DNA of 64,000 nucleotides from Microbotryum violaceum (lineage: Eukaryota). Below, piece after piece: positions 1-16,652 of this stretch. Below the pieces are notes generated by a model. The model saw nothing but the letters and a program-made list of their open reading frames with translations, was not told where the DNA came from and ran no database searches. A program made the translations under genes and the position numbers. Position 1 is the first letter of the stretch. The number at the start of each line of letters is the position of its first letter. The DNA lies in assembly GCA_001244265.2 (NCBI GenBank), contig CDLV01000009.1:1426001-1490000 (forward strand), given 5' to 3'.

Positions 1-18
1 GATCCGGTCCGGACGCAC

Positions 19-702
19 AGCTTGCCATGGATCCCCTTGAGTACGTCAGCACCCTTCTTCATCGCCTCGAGCGTCTCCTTGTTCATATTCGCCGATTCAA
101 TCGCGTTGACCTGCGGACCAAAAGCCAGGCGTACCATACCCATCAGTGCCCAGAGAGTGCGTTGCGAACAGATGCGCTGTGACCGGTGCGCACCTGGGTT
201 GTGAGCGTCATCTTTCGCCCGGCGATGCTGTCGAGTTCATTCTCGTACAGCTTCTTTTGCCGCAGTGCTTGCTTGGCGACTGGTGCATAATACGAGAAGG
301 AACGTGTGAGTAAGGGGTAGGGTTTCTGTTTCATCTCCTCCGCCACCTCGTCCCCCATCGCCCGTTCCCCCTTGCACGCCGCGTCCGTCCCGCGATCGTC
401 ATCCGTGACTCGACCGATAACACATACCCATACCCATGCCCATACCCACTCCACACCCACTCGACCCATCCGACCCAAACCCACCACCACCAAAAGCTAC
501 GCTCTCAAAACTCACCTCTCGGATTACTCGTCGCATTCGCCTTGGCCTTCCTCAACTCGGCCTCAATCTTGGTGCCCAAAAACTCCTCCTTCTTATCGAG
601 CATCATCAAATGTTCCCTCAGATTGACGATCGCCTCGCGGGTCGAATCTCGAGAACCGCGCGAGGATCCCGAGCCGGTGAAGTAGGAGAGCCAGGACGAC
701 AT
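19..702 (-). CDS. SNF7: ESCRT-III subunit Snf7/Vps32 (5' part; continues beyond the window start)
   Basis: Exons 702-516, 279-194 and 110-19 with GT-AG introns. Spliced product MSSWLSYFTG...REAIVNLREHLMMLDKKEEFL...VAKQALRQKKLYENELDSIAGRKMTLTTQVNAIESANMNKETLEAMKKGADVLKGIHGK is typical of Snf7. Confidence 0.93.
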
Positions 703-1251
703 GGTTGGTGGGCTGGGTGCGGTGTAGTGGGTGGGTGCGGTCTCGGGCGGTGCGGTGGGTCGGTGAGGCCGGTGAGGCCGGTGAGGAGGTGGTTTGTTCG
801 ATGACGAGCAGGCAGGGCGGGCACGCGCGAAGGCGGTGTGGAGTGGTTCGAGGTGGCTTGAGCTCAGGTACAAGTGTGGGTGGTGATCAATATTAGACGG
901 TGCGTGAACGATACAATCCCGTTCGTGGATGTAGGCTGTGTGCAGGTGTGGATTGATGTGCTCAGCAATGACGAGACGGACGGAGTGAGACCCACCCGCT
1001 TCGAATAAGCCGTGAGCCTGTCAAGTCAGGTGACGAAAGCGGGAGAAAGCGGACGTAAGGCGGGACAACTTGGTTGCATCACGCATCGCGGCCAAAGCTA
1101 GCGTCGTTTCCTCAGCATACACCGCGAGTTTCCTCAAATTCAAAAAGGATGTTGAAGCGTTGATCACACGCTGCTCGAAATCAGTATCACTAGAACAAGT
1201 CGAGAAAGAGGGGACACTCGAGGTCGTGAGGAGAGCCCGGACACAAAAAAC

Positions 1252-1347
1252 TGACCAGAGTGGGATTTGAACCCACGCCCTTTCGGACTAGCGAGATCAC
1301 GTAAAACAACCTGAAGCTAGCTTCTTAGACCACTCGAACATCTGGCC
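1252..1347 (-). tRNA. tRNA-Leu(CAG), intron-containing
   Basis: Acceptor stem GGCCAGA/TCTGGTC; D-arm TTCGAGTGGTCTAAGAA; anticodon stem CTAGC/GCTAG with TT-CAG-G; ~16-nt intron after position 37; long variable arm TCCGAAAGGG; T-arm GTGGGTTCAAATCCCAC; T6 Pol III terminator at 1245-1250. Confidence 0.93.
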
Positions 1348-1442
1348 ATTTCTTGGTAATGAAACCCGTTACGAACATAACACGTCACTTAACCTATAGA
1401 TTGACAACGACAAGTCACGTGACTTCAATCACAAAAAATCAC

Positions 1443-7450
<6,008 letters not shown>

Positions 7451-8114
7451 ATGCTGGGTTCGACTTTCCCCCACCACCACCACACACACACACACCAAAT
7501 TCTCGTGACATCATTTTCTCCTACTGTACACTAAATAGATCGCTTTCATCTTTCATTTGTTACAGGTTCACCGTTGCGGATCATGGACCATCTCGCGATT
7601 TGGCGTCGATTCGGTGTGGCTCGCGCTCTTCGGCTTCGGGGTTCTGAGTCAAGGGAGGGATCAGCGGACACAGGCAGAAAGTCGGCTTTGAGGGGCCAGG
7701 GACTGCCGATGGGGAGGTTTTGAGGGACCTTCACCGCGTCTTGTTGTGACTGAGCAGAGACTTGGAGCGTCGAGGGTCGTGGTGGTTGCGCAGTCGTGCT
7801 CTTGTCTTCGTCTCGACCGAGTGGGAAGTGGCTGTGGGGTGGGCCTTCTGTCGTTAGTACATTTTTTTCTTTCTTTTTTTCTCTTCATCTCTCTTTCTCT
7901 CTCTCATTAGTCTCCTGGGGGGAGCAACCGCTTGGCTAGGGCATTTGAATCCGAATCTCGGATTGGTGGACTTGGCTCGTTTCTCGCACTTTTGCGGGCG
8001 GTTTGTGTTATCATCGTAGTCTTCCATCTAGTTTTTCCGTAGGCCAAAACAGGGGGAACAGGAACTGGGGCAATATGATGAACGTTTTCTACAAAAAAAA
8101 AATAAAAAAATCAC

Positions 8115-8675
8115 GTCTTTTGGTCAATATCCTCGCGTCAAGGCGAGGCTCGTTTTGTTGTATTGGATCGGCTCGGCCCCGACGGCTCAACAGCCAGCAC
8201 TCGAGATTCAGCCAAGGGAGGACATTAGGCGCTGTCGGGGTGACGAGTAGCTGGGGCTTGGCTGCGGCCTGTTAGTCCCTGGGGACCTTTATCTCCGGCT
8301 TCGACTCCCTCCCTTGGCCCCTCAGGTGTGTTCCCCTCCTCTCTGTCTTAGTATTCCTGGTTCTCCGTATCCCCAGTCGTGACTTTCTGTATACTCTCCC
8401 CCTTCTTTCTCTAGGCGCTCTTGCCTGGTTTTCGAGTATCTTTACCCCGCTCTTGGGACGTGAAGCGGCAGCAGTACTCACCGCCCGTTGGAGTCCGCGT
8501 TAGGTGCTCGGCGGGCTTTGATCTGCGCAGCGCTCTTTGCGCGCAGGGGTTTGATTTTCACCCAGCTGCTTGTCGTTGTTGCTTTATTACCTCTTTTAGC
8601 TCTTTTTGTAGCGATTCTAGCCAACCCAAAGGATTGCAATTTATGAGCCCCAGTCAAAAAAAAAAAAAAAAAAAA
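8115..8675 (+). mobile_element. Non-coding poly-A-tailed retroposed segment (3' end of another LINE family, or a SINE-like element)
   Basis: Lies directly after the first element's TSD and ends in A20 (8656-8675). No coding similarity seen, and not similar to the neighbouring L1 3'UTR. Confidence 0.55.
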
Positions 8676-9017
8676 CCCCACAACTCGCGGGTCAGGGTAG
8701 TTGCGCAGTCGCTCTCCTGTCTTTGTCTCGACCGAGTTGGGAAGTGACGGCGGGGTGGGCCTCTTGTCGTTAGTAAATCGTTTTTATTACTCTGTTCTCT
8801 TTCTCTTTCTCTCTCCTTCTCTCTCTCATTCGTCTCCTGGGGGGAGCAACCGCTTGGCTAGGGCATTTGAATCCGAATCTCGGATTGGTGGACTTGGCTC
8901 GTTTCTCGCACTTTTGCGGGCGGTTTGTGTTATCATCGTAGTCTTCCATCTAGTTTTTCCGTAGGCCAAAACAGGGGGAACAGGAACTGGGGCAATATGA
9001 TGAACAAGTTCTACCAA

Positions 9018-9049
<32 letters not shown>
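8676..9049 (+). mobile_element. 5'-truncated L1 copy (3'UTR plus poly-A only)
   Basis: Homologous to ~7770-8092; 8832-9005 is identical to 7910-8083; ends in a ~31-nt poly-A. Confidence 0.9.
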
Positions 9050-9084
<35 letters not shown>

Positions 9085-9085
<1 letters not shown>

Positions 9086-9720
9086 GCCAGTACAAGTTGC
9101 TGAACATGGCTCGATCGTACACTATTCGTCGCATCCGCCGGGTCCTGAACGCGAAGGCCTTTACCAACACGCTCGGGCTCAAGGGACCACCGCAGCCGGA
9201 CGACCTCAGGAGCTTCTGGAAGGCGGTCAACTCGAAGGCACTGACGGCGAGGGAGAGGGAAGTTTGGTTCAGGCTGATTCTCCGCTTCACCCCGACGCGC
9301 AAGCTGCAACACCAACAAAATCACGACACTTCTCCCGCGTGCCTCGTCTGCGAAGCGCCGGTGGACGACACCGACCACTACTTTTTCGGCTGCGTTGACT
9401 CGCGGAACGTCTGGATCGCGGCAAGGGGCGTGCTCTGCGACGCACTCGGATGCGACACGATCTAGGACGACCAGTACACGACACTGCAACGGCTCTTTGG
9501 CCTCCCCAAGCTCAAGGCCAAGCTCAGCGAACAGAAAGGGGCGGGCAGACGATCGAGATCTTCACGGGGATGGTTTTGGAGATGATCAGCAGTGGGAGAT
9601 GGAGGATGCAGAAGCACGGGACGAGGATGGAAAGCGTGGAGAGGAAGAGGGTGGTACTGGAGGAGGGGATGAGTTGAGGGCGGGAGGAGCAAGAGGCAGG
9701 CGAGGGCAGTAGAGGCTGGG
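9085..9720 (+). pseudogene. Degenerate L1 ORF2 C-terminal fragment (related subfamily)
   Basis: YTIRRIRRVLNAKAF...CLVCEAPVDDTDHYFFGC...GRRGQ* parallels 6825-7450. In-frame TAG at 9463-9465 plus frameshifts. Similarity is cut off ~8 nt after the stop codon. Confidence 0.9.
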
Positions 9721-11469
9721 TATACTACGTTTGCTTCATAACTGCGTTGCTAAAATCTTTGGCTCGGGTGGAACCCGAACCTGACTAGCCCGTCGCTCCT
9801 TTATCAACAGCACCAAGCTACAAAAGCAGCGGAGAGACAGGGAAGGCCAAAGGCACACTCTTCTCGAGAAGCGCTGCAGCGCCCCTCAAGTTGAACAAGA
9901 GGCATCCGCCGCGAGCGATGTAAGCCTCGTCCTAACAGGTCCCGTGTTCGCCGGTGATCCCGTTTTCGACGGTGACTGACTGACTTCCCCCTTTGATGCG
10001 GACTTGTGTGCAACAGTATCTTAACCTCACAAACCAAACAAACCTGAAGCGAGCGCGTTGGAAAAGACCCCAAGCGGGTTATGTACGGCCGCTTCGGCGC
10101 GCCGAGGACAAGGAGGAGAAGAAGCAAGGCGCGGTGGGTGGCGCCATCGCCAACGGGAATGCGAATGCGGATCGACATGGGTGAAGGCACTGGAAGACCG
10201 GGTAATCGGCCATCGTGTTCTGCGTTCGATCAGCCCCTTTGTTGAGCTTGGTTGTGTCGTTTGGAACGGGCAAATAGACTTTGGAAAAATTGTCGAAACG
10301 ACTGAGGAAGTGAAGGGAGATCGCCCGCGTCGTCGTTGTCGTCATTGCATGCATGACGGGAGAGATTATGTACCTTGAGATGAACAGCCAAAAAGGAAAA
10401 GTGTGCATGGGTGTTGGTATGGCTTGAACGGCTTGTTGTGATGTATAAAAGATCTCCACGTTGACAAAGGCATACGGTATAGTAAGGATGTTTCCGGTGG
10501 TCTGACCGGAGTATGGCGCGCTCCTCTACTTCTAATTCTTCATGATGATAAAGGAAGGTATATGTTTCCCGAATACTCCCTGATCTTGGGCGTATTTGTC
10601 CGATGAGACGCCGAAGTAAAAGAAGCTGTGGGGACAGACAAGCTGTCAGTTGATCAAACCTCAAGAGGAAAGGAAGGTGCAGTGGAGGCACACACGCCGA
10701 GACATTTGCATTTGCTCCTTCGTCACCGGTGAGCTCCGCCCAGGGTATGTCATTTGGGATCGTGGTAGTGGTGCCTCCAGTGTAGAGCGGGATGTCGTAA
10801 TCGATAGCACCTATAGCATTGAGTCAACCTCAAGATCAAGTTAGCATCCAGTTTAGACATTGGTGTTTTTCTGTGGTCAGGGTCGCAGTGGCCTTTCGAC
10901 CTTTTCTGGGAGGCATCTGAAGGAGCTCACTGGTTTCCAAGTTCGTACTCCCACGGCATGTTAACCAAAGATCAGCTTTTGCAGGGGAGTGGGTCGGCAA
11001 CCACCTGTAAGTGACCGTATCGCCGGGCGGTATGTCTCGCCTCCCCAAGGATAGACGATGACGGGAAGGGTGGGAAAGGGGTAACGCGGGCGCGGATGCG
11101 AACGGGACCTTAGAGCGAGAGGGGCGACATGAGAGACGTCTCTGGTCAACGTCGAGGGGTGACGGAAGTCGGGGGTGTGTGAACCGGAGATGTTCTGCTT
11201 CGTGAAATCGGCGACTGCTTCGCTGCCAGGGGCCGGGTCGAAACTCCGGCCGTTGTCGAGCGCCTTCAGGGGCGAGGCGGTGAGGGGAGAACACGTTGCC
11301 AACTCGCTACGAGAGTGAATGCGGCCAAATGCGACCACAAGAGCAGCATGGTACGAGGCGTAGGTTCTTCACGGATGAGGTCGGATAGCAACGACTAACA
11401 AAGGGCGACTTTGATGGATGATACAAGCAAAAGGACAAGAGGCGTAACGATCCCCCGAGTCGACTCCGG

Positions 11470-11883
11470 TGTCAGGAGGAGATTTTCGTAACTGCCAGCT
11501 CTAGACTCCGCGCGCGCCCTTCCCCCGCAACCGGTGCTGTGCCCGTGTCTGCCCCTTTTCCCTTGGACTCTCGGTCAGACTCTCGCTCTCAGTCGGACTC
11601 TCGCTCTGAGACCTCTGTCGTCAGACTCTCGCTCTCAGTCGGACTCTCGCTCTGAGACCTCTGTCCTAGCTCCCCAGTTTCGTAGCTCGCTTCTCTCTTC
11701 CTTGTCTGCCCCTCAAATCTTGACAAAGGCCAGACCCTTGCTCTCGTCCCTCCTTCTCGTCGCTCTTGAGAAGTCGCCAGAACATCTCTCGACTCGTCCC
11801 GCGCCACTCGTCCTTCGTCTCGAGCCCCTTCGTCGGGCTCACACCCCTATCTTTGTCTTTCGATAGAGGGGGGAGGGGCGACA
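11470..11883. repeat. Possible solo LTR (TGTC...GACA) with an internal 46-bp tandem duplication (11574-11665); mirrored at 26094-26507
   Basis: 414 bp bounded by TGTC/GACA, pyrimidine-rich, with short hairpins. No matching TSD and no PPT. Confidence 0.3.
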
Positions 11884-12483
11884 TTTCACTGGTACAGAAA
11901 GTTGAGGTTTCCATGTTTTTTGCGGCGGAAGATCAAAACCAGTTGGGTCGCCGATTTCTTCGGGGGGGGGGCGTGTCGTGGGAAATTCGCCCCCACGCCC
12001 AGACTAAAAGCCAGTTAGTATATATTTACTATTCATCTTCATCCATAGAGATTGGCACACATGTCGTTCGGTCGGAGACGGCTCGTTGTATTACTCGGCT
12101 AACAAGAGACGACCGGACGGTTTAACAGATGGGATCGACGTGTTTCGACACTAGAAGGCAGGGGTTTCCAAGTTATCTCTCTTTCTCTCTCCGTTTCACG
12201 GTAAATTGCTCAGAAGGACGGCTCTCCACATTGAAATAAAGTCCTCTGATACTACTCTATCTAGATGCAGCATCAAACAACCGGCGACCACCACAGAACA
12301 GGAACGTGCTGTCCAACCAAATCAAAGTTCTGAGTTAACTATACTTACCTTTGCTGCCCAACCCAAATCAAATTCTGGAACTTCCACACCTCGAAAATGT
12401 GTTGACCATAAAATACGAACCCTTGATGGTCAACACTAGCCCTGGCGGATGTGGGTACGGCCGCTAGAGCGGCACCAGCACAT

Positions 12484-12984
12484 CAGGAACTTTACCACGC
12501 GCGCTTCAGAACAATCTAGAGCAATTCAGAGCCGATCTAGAACAATTCAGGCATAAAGCGCGTAAAGCGCATTCAGCCCTGCGCTGCTAGATTGCTCTAG
12601 ATTTGTCTGGAAATCCAGACATTCAGTGCGCTTCCAGAGCTTCCAGAGCATTTCCAGAGCATTTCCAGTGCATTTCAGAGCATTTCCAGAACTTTTTCAG
12701 CTTCGCTGGATAAAACTTATGGCTGTGTTTGCAATGACTACATCAGGATGTGAGCACTACTGCCTGCCGTGTGGTGCAAGACTCTGACTAGTGTGTATAA
12801 GTCCGTGACAGCGAAAACAATTCATTGCACAAGTTGCTGCTTCAGTGTGACGAAGTGGTGGATCTAGACACGATCCAGAACGATTCAGAACGATTCAGAA
12901 CGATTCAGAACGATTCAGAACGATTCAGACGGTAAAGTCATCTAGACAGATTTAGCCGCGCACCGGCAAGTGGTAAAGTTCCTG
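12484..12984. mobile_element. MITE-like non-autonomous DNA element (mirrored at 24993-25493)
   Basis: Perfect 15-bp TIRs CAGGAACTTTACCAC / GTGGTAAAGTTCCTG. Internal ~10-bp repeats (CAGAACGATT x5, TTCCAGAGCA-type). No TSD found. Confidence 0.6.
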
Positions 12985-13920
12985 GCAATACGGGGCGGCT
13001 CCGAGTCCAAGTGCTTGGAGTTGCTCCTGACTCTGAAGTAGCAGAGGGCAAAGTCAACGTACCACAGATTAGTGTCACTCTTTCAAATTTGTGGATTTCA
13101 CTCTTCACGCCTTTGGGAAATGATCTACTGACCGTAACGATGTGGCGGAGACCCGCATCCGAGTCAGTGCTCACAATATTCCTCGGCAGTTTGGCGCCCG
13201 CCGGGTGCCTGGCTCCAATCCACGCCTTATTAATCAGAGCCGGACTCCGGTAACCTCAAGGCTTCCCTGCGGAGGGCCCGGGGCGTCCGCCCATAAGAGC
13301 TTTCAAAATACGGACCAAAGAAGTGCTGGGGATCGTGAAGGCTAACATTCTGCACGTGCAAACTCCGACCAGAACCACGGCGTAAACTCGCTTACCTTCA
13401 TTGACTCTTGTTGGTCAATTCTCCCACTTCCGCAGTGGGGTCGACTCGTTGCCAGTGGGCGCCGCGAGAAGACAGTTGGTACGAACGGGCATTGCGAGCA
13501 CGATCTGAAGGTCATGCCAACGGGGGCACAATGGGGGGCTGGATGCTGTCCTCAAGATATAGAGCGACAGTCCTTCATCAGCTAAGTATAACTTGGGGTC
13601 ACCTTCGAATTCTGTAGAGCGCCCGCTGAGAGTCGGAGAATGGCGCCGAGTATCCGAGAAAGTCTCGATCAAGACACGGAGCACAACCACGGCCCCCTGA
13701 GGCTCTGAGGCACTATTCCTGTCCAATCAACTTGCCGCCTGTTCCGAAGTCCTCGTGACCCGAGCCTCTGTGTTTGTCCCCCGCCCACCGTGTTCCGAAA
13801 CTTGAAGCGATACAATTGCACATGAGTGTTTGTATGATATAGGAGAACGATCAAAGCAACAACTCGAAGCGTACTAACGATACAAAAACCTTGAAGCCCG
13901 AAAGACCAGTAAAGTGTTGC

Positions 13921-14854
13921 TCACTCCTCCATCTCAAACAACAGCCATTCCCCATCGGTATCCGCCACATTCTTCACCTCGAGTTTCCTGTCCCCCTCCT
14001 TACTGACCTCAATGAACGAAGCGTCCCCCTCCAAGACCAATCCTTCGTTCAATTTGAGAATCGCCCCACCATGATCGTATTTGTCATTCGCCGACACCGA
14101 AGGCTTGCGATACCCGAACGCATGAGGAGATGAAGGAACGCGCGTTTGGTCGTCTTGGCCATCTCGTACGAGATGGATTGGCCCGGTTCGAGGATTGAAG
14201 CATGCATCGTGATACCACTGTGAATGGGTGCAGGGCCTTGTGCGTTTCGTGAGTCGGTCACACCTTCTCGTCCTAAGGGAGCGACAACGCGGACGAGTAC
14301 GTTCGTCTTTTCCGCGTCCGTGAAGTGTCGGTTGTAGTATGCCGGTTTGAGACCCTTGGTATGAGGCATCCCCCAAATCTGAGCGAAATGAACGGGCGTC
14401 TTGGAATTACGGTTGTATTCCGAGTGCGAGATGCCGGTCCCGGTGGAGGTCATTTGGATGTCCCACGCTTCATGATCTCGAGGTTGCCGAGACTGTCGCG
14501 GTGTTCGAGTTCCCCTGAGATGATGTAGGACCAGATTTCGAACTCGCGGTGGCTGTGTTGACCAAAACCTTCACCGGGATCGACGCGGTCTTCGTTGATC
14601 ACTCGCAGGGGACCGTATTGGCTGAAGGCCGGGTCTTGGTAGGAGGCAAAGGAGACTAAGGCGAGGAATAGGAGGGGACATATCAATGTACTGCTCTCCA
14701 AGCCAGGTCTTACTGAGTTGAGTGTCTCACATGTGTGGTAAGACTTGAGCCAGCCATGATCGGCGTGGCCACGAGCGGCCGAGCGACGAGGGATGAACTT
14801 GAGCGTCGACTTGAGTTGGGAGGCAACGGCCTCGGTAGTAGCAGTAGCAGCCAT
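13921..14854 (-). pseudogene. Pirin copy in the left arm, apparently frameshifted
   Basis: Same sequence as 23118-24056 except two 1-bp G deletions in G runs (~14462, ~14115) and a 3-bp deletion (~14030). These could be consensus errors. Confidence 0.75.
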
Positions 14855-16652
14855 CTCTTGCTTGTTGTTGTTGGGAATTGCGGGTGTGTGAGGTGACAGG
14901 TTGTTGAGCTGAGTCAGGGATGTAGGTAAGAGGGAATGCGAGTCGAGGTAGACGGCGAGGAGGAGTGAACTGAGAGTGATGAGAAGGGGAAAGAGAGACG
15001 AACGAAGGAAAGCCAGCTTTTCAAGGTTGATCTAGAAGATCGTATTCGTCAACAGGTCTTCAAAAGGCAATACAGATGAGAGCTGAGTGAGGGAATGGGA
15101 TGGAAGGTGATAGAAGGAGAGATGCTTCATCGTACCGGGTGCCGTGACAGTAGTGCCGTGCCAACGTTTGACAAATTGCTCTCCCGTTCTGGCGCAGCCG
15201 TGTGGGGTTCAACGTTCGACTCCATCGTAAGAGCGCAATGCGAACCGAAATAGCTGGGATGGAGTCGGATTTGCAGCATAAGAACCAGGGATCCCGTAAC
15301 AAACGGGATGGGTTGAAAATCTACCCACGAGAGACCATAGATAAGAAAGTAAAGGAAAGAAATAGACCAACAAGGCTGTTTTTGTATTTATTTATTTTGA
15401 AGGGTGGGTGGGAGGAGACGAAGATAGAACGACTATGCTTGTAAAGCGCGATTCTATTAGTACTCGGAATACTGCAAAGACTCTGAGGACTATGGCATAC
15501 CTATGCTTGTAAAGCGTGTCGCTTGGAGACAAGAAGACAGCAAAGGAAAACAGACCTCAGACGCTGGTACGTCGAGGTTGGGTCTGTGTAGCAAGGTAGC
15601 CAAGTCAGTCAATGTGTCCAACAAGGACAGTCGAAAGCAGGAGTACCCTAAGGTAGAGCCTGAAGGTGGGTGATGTACCTCGGCTCTTTGAGCGAGACGC
15701 AGTCGAACCCGAAAGAGGCGCAGCACTGGCAGGTATCGCTGGGGGGGGGGGTCCTGTGAGAAGCTCGGAACCTGTCAGCCAATTGGCGGCAGGAAGAGTT
15801 CAAGGAAGGCCACTGACCTTGGCAGGAGGGAAACAGAGAGTCATGTGCCACGCTGCTTTGATGGGAAATGGAACCTCGGCGAACGTAGGCTGAAACCGCG
15901 CTAGCTAGCTGGGCCCGGGGATCAAAGCAGCGTGGCACATGACTCTCTGTTTCCCAGACCACTGGTTTTGCGTGCCTGCCACATTGTAGTGTAGTCCCTT
16001 CAACCATCCGTGACGTCATCAGCAGCTCTCGGTCCAGCGCGTCCCCCGGCCCAGCTAGCTAGCGCGGTTTTAGCAGGGGTCGGCCAGTGATAGCCCGTTT
16101 CCTCTACGTTCGCCGAGGTTCCATTTTCCATCAAATCAATGACTCTGGCTCAGACGACCTGTCTTGCGTGTCTACCACATCGTAGCGTAGTTACTTCGAG
16201 CATCTACTTCCTGCCACTGTCGAAATGTCATCTGTAAACTTTCACGTACAGAAGACTCTCCACTACGAATCTTCATGGAGAGGACAGGGGCAGCCGAGAC
16301 GTCGCCAATGTGAGCGAGGTCAGCGCGCCGTCCGCGAGGCTGAGAGGGCCGCCAACGAGGCTGCTTCGCGCTGTGTGCAAAGGGGGAGGAAATCATTATG
16401 AGGAGCAGCGCAGTGAGCAAACGAAGATACCGAGTAGAAGAGGATAGGGAACGTTAAGGGAAAAGAGAGGGTGAGCCGCGCTAGTCGCTGCCTCGGGTAA
16501 TCTAAGTCAGAATCTAAAGAGGTCCGAGCGCGCCCGAGTTCCCATCTCCCAATCTCCGTATGCTGGAGTTGAGAGCCCCCCTGCAATGTAGTGTACACGA
16601 TGACAATCATCAGCCCAGACCTCGCGCATGAGGATAGTAAAAACTTGAATGT

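Larger units (their letters stand above)
10070..15915 (-). repeat. Left arm of a 5.85 kb inverted repeat (reverse complement of 22058-27910)
   Basis: Mirror-image ORF sets, e.g. 14450..14854(-) = 23118(+) and 12206..12439(+) = 25538..25771(-). The only differences noticed are a few 1-3 bp indels. Confidence 0.97.

Noticed and set aside
9050-9084. 35-nt poly-G directly after the poly-A (possible G-quadruplex or poly-Gly ORF)
   Set aside because: An abrupt A31-G35 junction between two repeats is more likely a sequencing, gap-fill or homopolymer artefact; raw reads are needed.
12876-12929. Regular short repeats that might suggest a CRISPR array or telomere seed
   Set aside because: Head-to-tail 10-mers without unique spacers, inside a MITE-like element in a eukaryotic genome.
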